Shown piece after piece: positions 58,510 through 61,019 of a stretch of DNA of 61,019 bases. The stretch is taken from the IMG/VR virus record IMGVR_UViG_3300020171_000029, positions 1 through 61,019 of that record; one strand, 5' to 3'. A program made the position numbers and the translations under genes. The notes below the pieces were generated by a model. The model had not been told where the DNA came from, ran no database searches, and worked only from the letters and a program-made list of their open reading frames with translations. Source of the DNA: a virus (taxonomy: Duplodnaviria > Caudoviricetes). How positions within the stretch are numbered: position 1 is the stretch's first letter; each line of letters opens with the position of its first letter.

Positions 58510-59043
58510 TTAAATACCTACTGCCATCCAACCAACTACTGTTGCTGAACCACCTACTATAAAACAACTTCCTGTTGCTTTTGTTCCACTTACACAATAA
58601 CTTGATTGGCTTCCTGTACTACTCCATTGAGGTGCTCCATATTCTTGTGCTGTAGCAAAAACCATATAGTTTGCTGATGCAAATGGGGATTTAAATACTA
58701 TTAATCCTGAAATATCATCTCCCATCAACACACTTCCTATCTTTATTTTCTGTCCATAAATTGCTGTAGCATTATCTATTGAAACACTATGAAGAGTTCC
58801 TTCTCCTCCAACTCTTATATTGGTTCCACTAATGTTATTTCCAATTATTGTCGGACCACTTACCCATTGATTTGTATCTACTAAATCACAATGAACTTGG
58901 TCTCCTGATATAGCCCCACCTAAAAAAGTTGTACATTGCATCCATCTCCCATATAATTGGTCTCCACTAATCACCTCAGTATAACTTGCTTGATTGACTT
59001 CTTCAAAACCCATTCCATCAATTGTGCTTACATTACTTGCCAT
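58510..59043 (-). CDS. Putative head fibre/decoration protein
   Basis: ISG repeats; C-terminal I.F..PF....Y.V...WMAVG lectin/gp53-like end. Confidence 0.6.
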   Translation of the reverse strand: MASNVSTIDGMGFEEVNQASYTEVISGDQLYGRWMQCTTFLGGAISGDQVHCDLVDTNQWVSGPTIIGNNISGTNIRVGGEGTLHSVSIDNATAIYGQKIKIGSVLMGDDISGLIVFKSPFASANYMVFATAQEYGAPQWSSTGSQSSYCVSGTKATGSCFIVGGSATVVGWMAVGI

Positions 59044-59164
59044 TTCTTTGTTTTTTTCTCCATTTAATTGTGTTCATTTAAAGTTGAACTTCTTATTTGA
59101 ATTATAAGTCAAACTGCTTTTTTAAGTAAAAATAAAAAAATAAAAAAATAAATTTGTACTGTAC

Positions 59165-60028
59165 TTAATCAGTATGTATTTTAGCGATTGCGTTAGTCCT
59201 CATTTCTCTAATCTTGATTCTTTGAGTAATTGATGCTGCTGACATATCGTAAACAGGCATCTCAAAGTTCTCAATAGTTATAGGTCTCTTCTCAGCGATT
59301 ACATAAGCATGCATTCTATCTGTAACAAAAGCATATTTACTATAAGTTGTAGTTGGTGCTGCATTGGTTGAAAATTTAATTACATTCAATCCGTAGATTA
59401 TTCCTAAAAATCCTCTCTCAAGCATATCCCTATTTCCAACTTTATTAGCTTCAACAAAAGTATCAATATTTCTCAAATCATTCAGAACTTCCATTCCAAC
59501 AAACAAAGTTGTTGCTGTATAATCTGCATCATCAAGATATTGCATAGCCCTTGTAATATTAGCGATAGTAATTGCTGCTCCACCTGTTACTAAATTCGCA
59601 TAACTCATCAAAGCATCCTGTAAGATTAATCTTGTCTCGTTCTCTGCAAATCTCTTACCAGCAATCTTAACATTATGCTGTAATAAATTCCACTTAGCAT
59701 CTTCTAACAACTCACGAGTAATCCTTAATGCTACTCCCCATTTAACTGGTTTAACATTGATAGATGTATATGCTGTCTGGTCAATTATTATCTCTGCTCC
59801 TTCTGCTATCTTCCTAACACTCATTTGATTAGGTGTAACTAAATCAATATCAATGCTACTTCCTGGAATATCTCCTGGTCCAAAATAGATTGCGCATTCA
59901 CTTCTTGGAATTAAATTCTTGTCAACTTCTTCAATTAAAGTATCATGAATCTTTCTTGGTATCAAAAGTTGTCCTTCTACTCCAAGTCCTGTGTTCAATA
60001 ATTCTTGTACTGCTTTATATTCTGTCAT
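59165..60028 (-). CDS. Major capsid protein (HK97 fold)
   Basis: LIP..I...LIE, IAEGAEI, K.G....ITRELLED, G.LG.IYGL.V. Confidence 0.9.
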   Translation of the reverse strand: MTEYKAVQELLNTGLGVEGQLLIPRKIHDTLIEEVDKNLIPRSECAIYFGPGDIPGSSIDIDLVTPNQMSVRKIAEGAEIIIDQTAYTSINVKPVKWGVALRITRELLEDAKWNLLQHNVKIAGKRFAENETRLILQDALMSYANLVTGGAAITIANITRAMQYLDDADYTATTLFVGMEVLNDLRNIDTFVEANKVGNRDMLERGFLGIIYGLNVIKFSTNAAPTTTYSKYAFVTDRMHAYVIAEKRPITIENFEMPVYDMSAASITQRIKIREMRTNAIAKIHTD

Positions 60029-60029
60029 T

Positions 60030-60515
60030 TTAAATATTTAAAGATACAATTGAATAGCTTCCATGTCCGCCTGCTGTTAACATTGTTCCAACTGCAAAAT
60101 CAATAATTCCTGCTGCATCTTTTACTGGCGATGCCAATCCTGATGCGATAGGGAAAATTGTTCCAGCACTACCTGCTGCAAATTTCTGTCCTGCAAAACC
60201 TGAGCCAACTGCAATTCCACTAAGTCCCGGCATGATATATAATCCTCTCATAGCCACTGGTCCATATGTATTTGAACCGATATTTTGCAATGCTAATCCG
60301 ATAACCATTGAACCAATTTGTGTTGCCACAGTAGTTCCTCTGATATCGCTTGCTGCATAAGTATCTGCTCCCGAACCTACAAGTCCTACTTCTCCTGAGC
60401 CATTTACCCAATAACCACCTGAAATATTTTCATATGCTAATACAGTTATAACTCTTGGTGCTCCACCATCTGCTAATTGAACTGCTCCATATGGGTTTCT
60501 TGGTTCTATTGCCAT
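60030..60515 (-). CDS. Capsid cement/decoration protein
   Basis: A.ENISGG, VIGLAL, G...GPVAMRG; directly upstream of MCP. Confidence 0.7.
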   Translation of the reverse strand: MAIEPRNPYGAVQLADGGAPRVITVLAYENISGGYWVNGSGEVGLVGSGADTYAASDIRGTTVATQIGSMVIGLALQNIGSNTYGPVAMRGLYIMPGLSGIAVGSGFAGQKFAAGSAGTIFPIASGLASPVKDAAGIIDFAVGTMLTAGGHGSYSIVSLNI

Positions 60516-60598
60516 TTCTTTTTCTTCCTCCTTTTAATTCTATTTGAATATGAGCTAATGCTCATGAATATGAATAAGATAAAAATTTAAAATAAAAT

Positions 60599-61015
60599 CT
60601 ATCTTACTAATCTTTTAAGATTGGTATCTGCATTCTCTCTTGAATAATCTCTATACATTGAAAAGTTTCCTTTTCCCATAGCTTCGATAATTCTGTTATC
60701 TATATTACTCAATTTTTCTTCTGTCTCTGTTGATATCTCTCCTTTAGTCATATCTTCCTTTACACTTTCTACCTGTTCTATAACTTTTTTCTTCTCTGTT
60801 AAAAGTTCTTTCAATTCTGCAAGTTGCTTTTTCATATCAGCAATCTCAGTTGTATCAACTTTTACATTAATATTCTGAGCTTTTTCGGTAGCAACTTCTT
60901 CTTTTTCTACTTCAGGAGTTTCGGGAGTTTCAGGAGTTTCGACATCTTCAACTTTTGTATCTTCCTCTGCCATTTGGTTTATCTCCATATTTAATTTAGC
61001 TTTTTCTTTCAGCAC
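60599..61015 (-). CDS. Scaffold protein or C-terminal scaffold domain of prohead protease (may extend beyond window)
   Basis: Acidic coiled coil, ETPETPE repeat; frame open to window edge. Confidence 0.55.
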   Translation of the reverse strand: MLKEKAKLNMEINQMAEEDTKVEDVETPETPETPEVEKEEVATEKAQNINVKVDTTEIADMKKQLAELKELLTEKKKVIEQVESVKEDMTKGEISTETEEKLSNIDNRIIEAMGKGNFSMYRDYSRENADTNLKRLVR

Positions 61016-61019
61016 TATA

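Noticed and set aside
739-60411. Many opposite-strand or alternate-frame ORFs in the track (e.g. 739-1035, 8804-9337, 10585-11112, 23722-24048, 41276-41617)
   Set aside because: Shadows of well-supported genes, with F/S/I/L-rich composition and no motifs
60911-60940. 9-bp tandem repeat encoding ETPETPE
   Set aside because: Ordinary low-complexity linker in the scaffold protein
1-61019. Integrated provirus with host flanks, or contractile tail
   Set aside because: No integrase, att site, host housekeeping genes or tail sheath visible; both ends lie within morphogenesis genes

Overview
AT-rich, densely coding 61-kb segment of a head-tailed (Caudoviricetes, siphovirus-like) virus genome, probably circularly permuted and almost certainly infecting an archaeon. 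Archaeal signs are PCNA, PolB, an AEP primase, an ERCC4 nuclease, an Sm-like protein, and TATA boxes about 22 nt before leaderless starts; a DPANN-type host is only my inference. Layout: (-) 1-7.8 kb fibre-like proteins, portal-MuF fusion and terminase; 7.87-8.19 kb a GC-rich ncRNA locus with two aberrant tRNA-like domains; (-) 8.2-16.1 kb small early genes, SF3 helicase and ParB-MT-A70 methyltransferase; (+) 16.2-32.2 kb replication/recombination, with a repeat-bounded array of paralogous small ORFs, a PolB split inside its exonuclease domain and five more DNA methyltransferases; (+) 33-48.3 kb a large sugar-synthesis/glycosyltransferase cluster with TPP E1alpha/beta and two B12 radical SAM enzymes; (-) 48.6-61 kb putative lysis, tail and capsid genes. 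Best leads: (i) a glycan pathway paired with pervasive Gly-Ser/Ser-Gly motifs in virion proteins; (ii) shared C-terminal Q-x-x-L clamp-binding-like tails on PolB and four methyltransferases beside a viral PCNA; (iii) the split PolB; (iv) the tRNA-mimic RNA locus; (v) cassette-like gene junction repeats. All calls come from manual motif reading, with no database searches.
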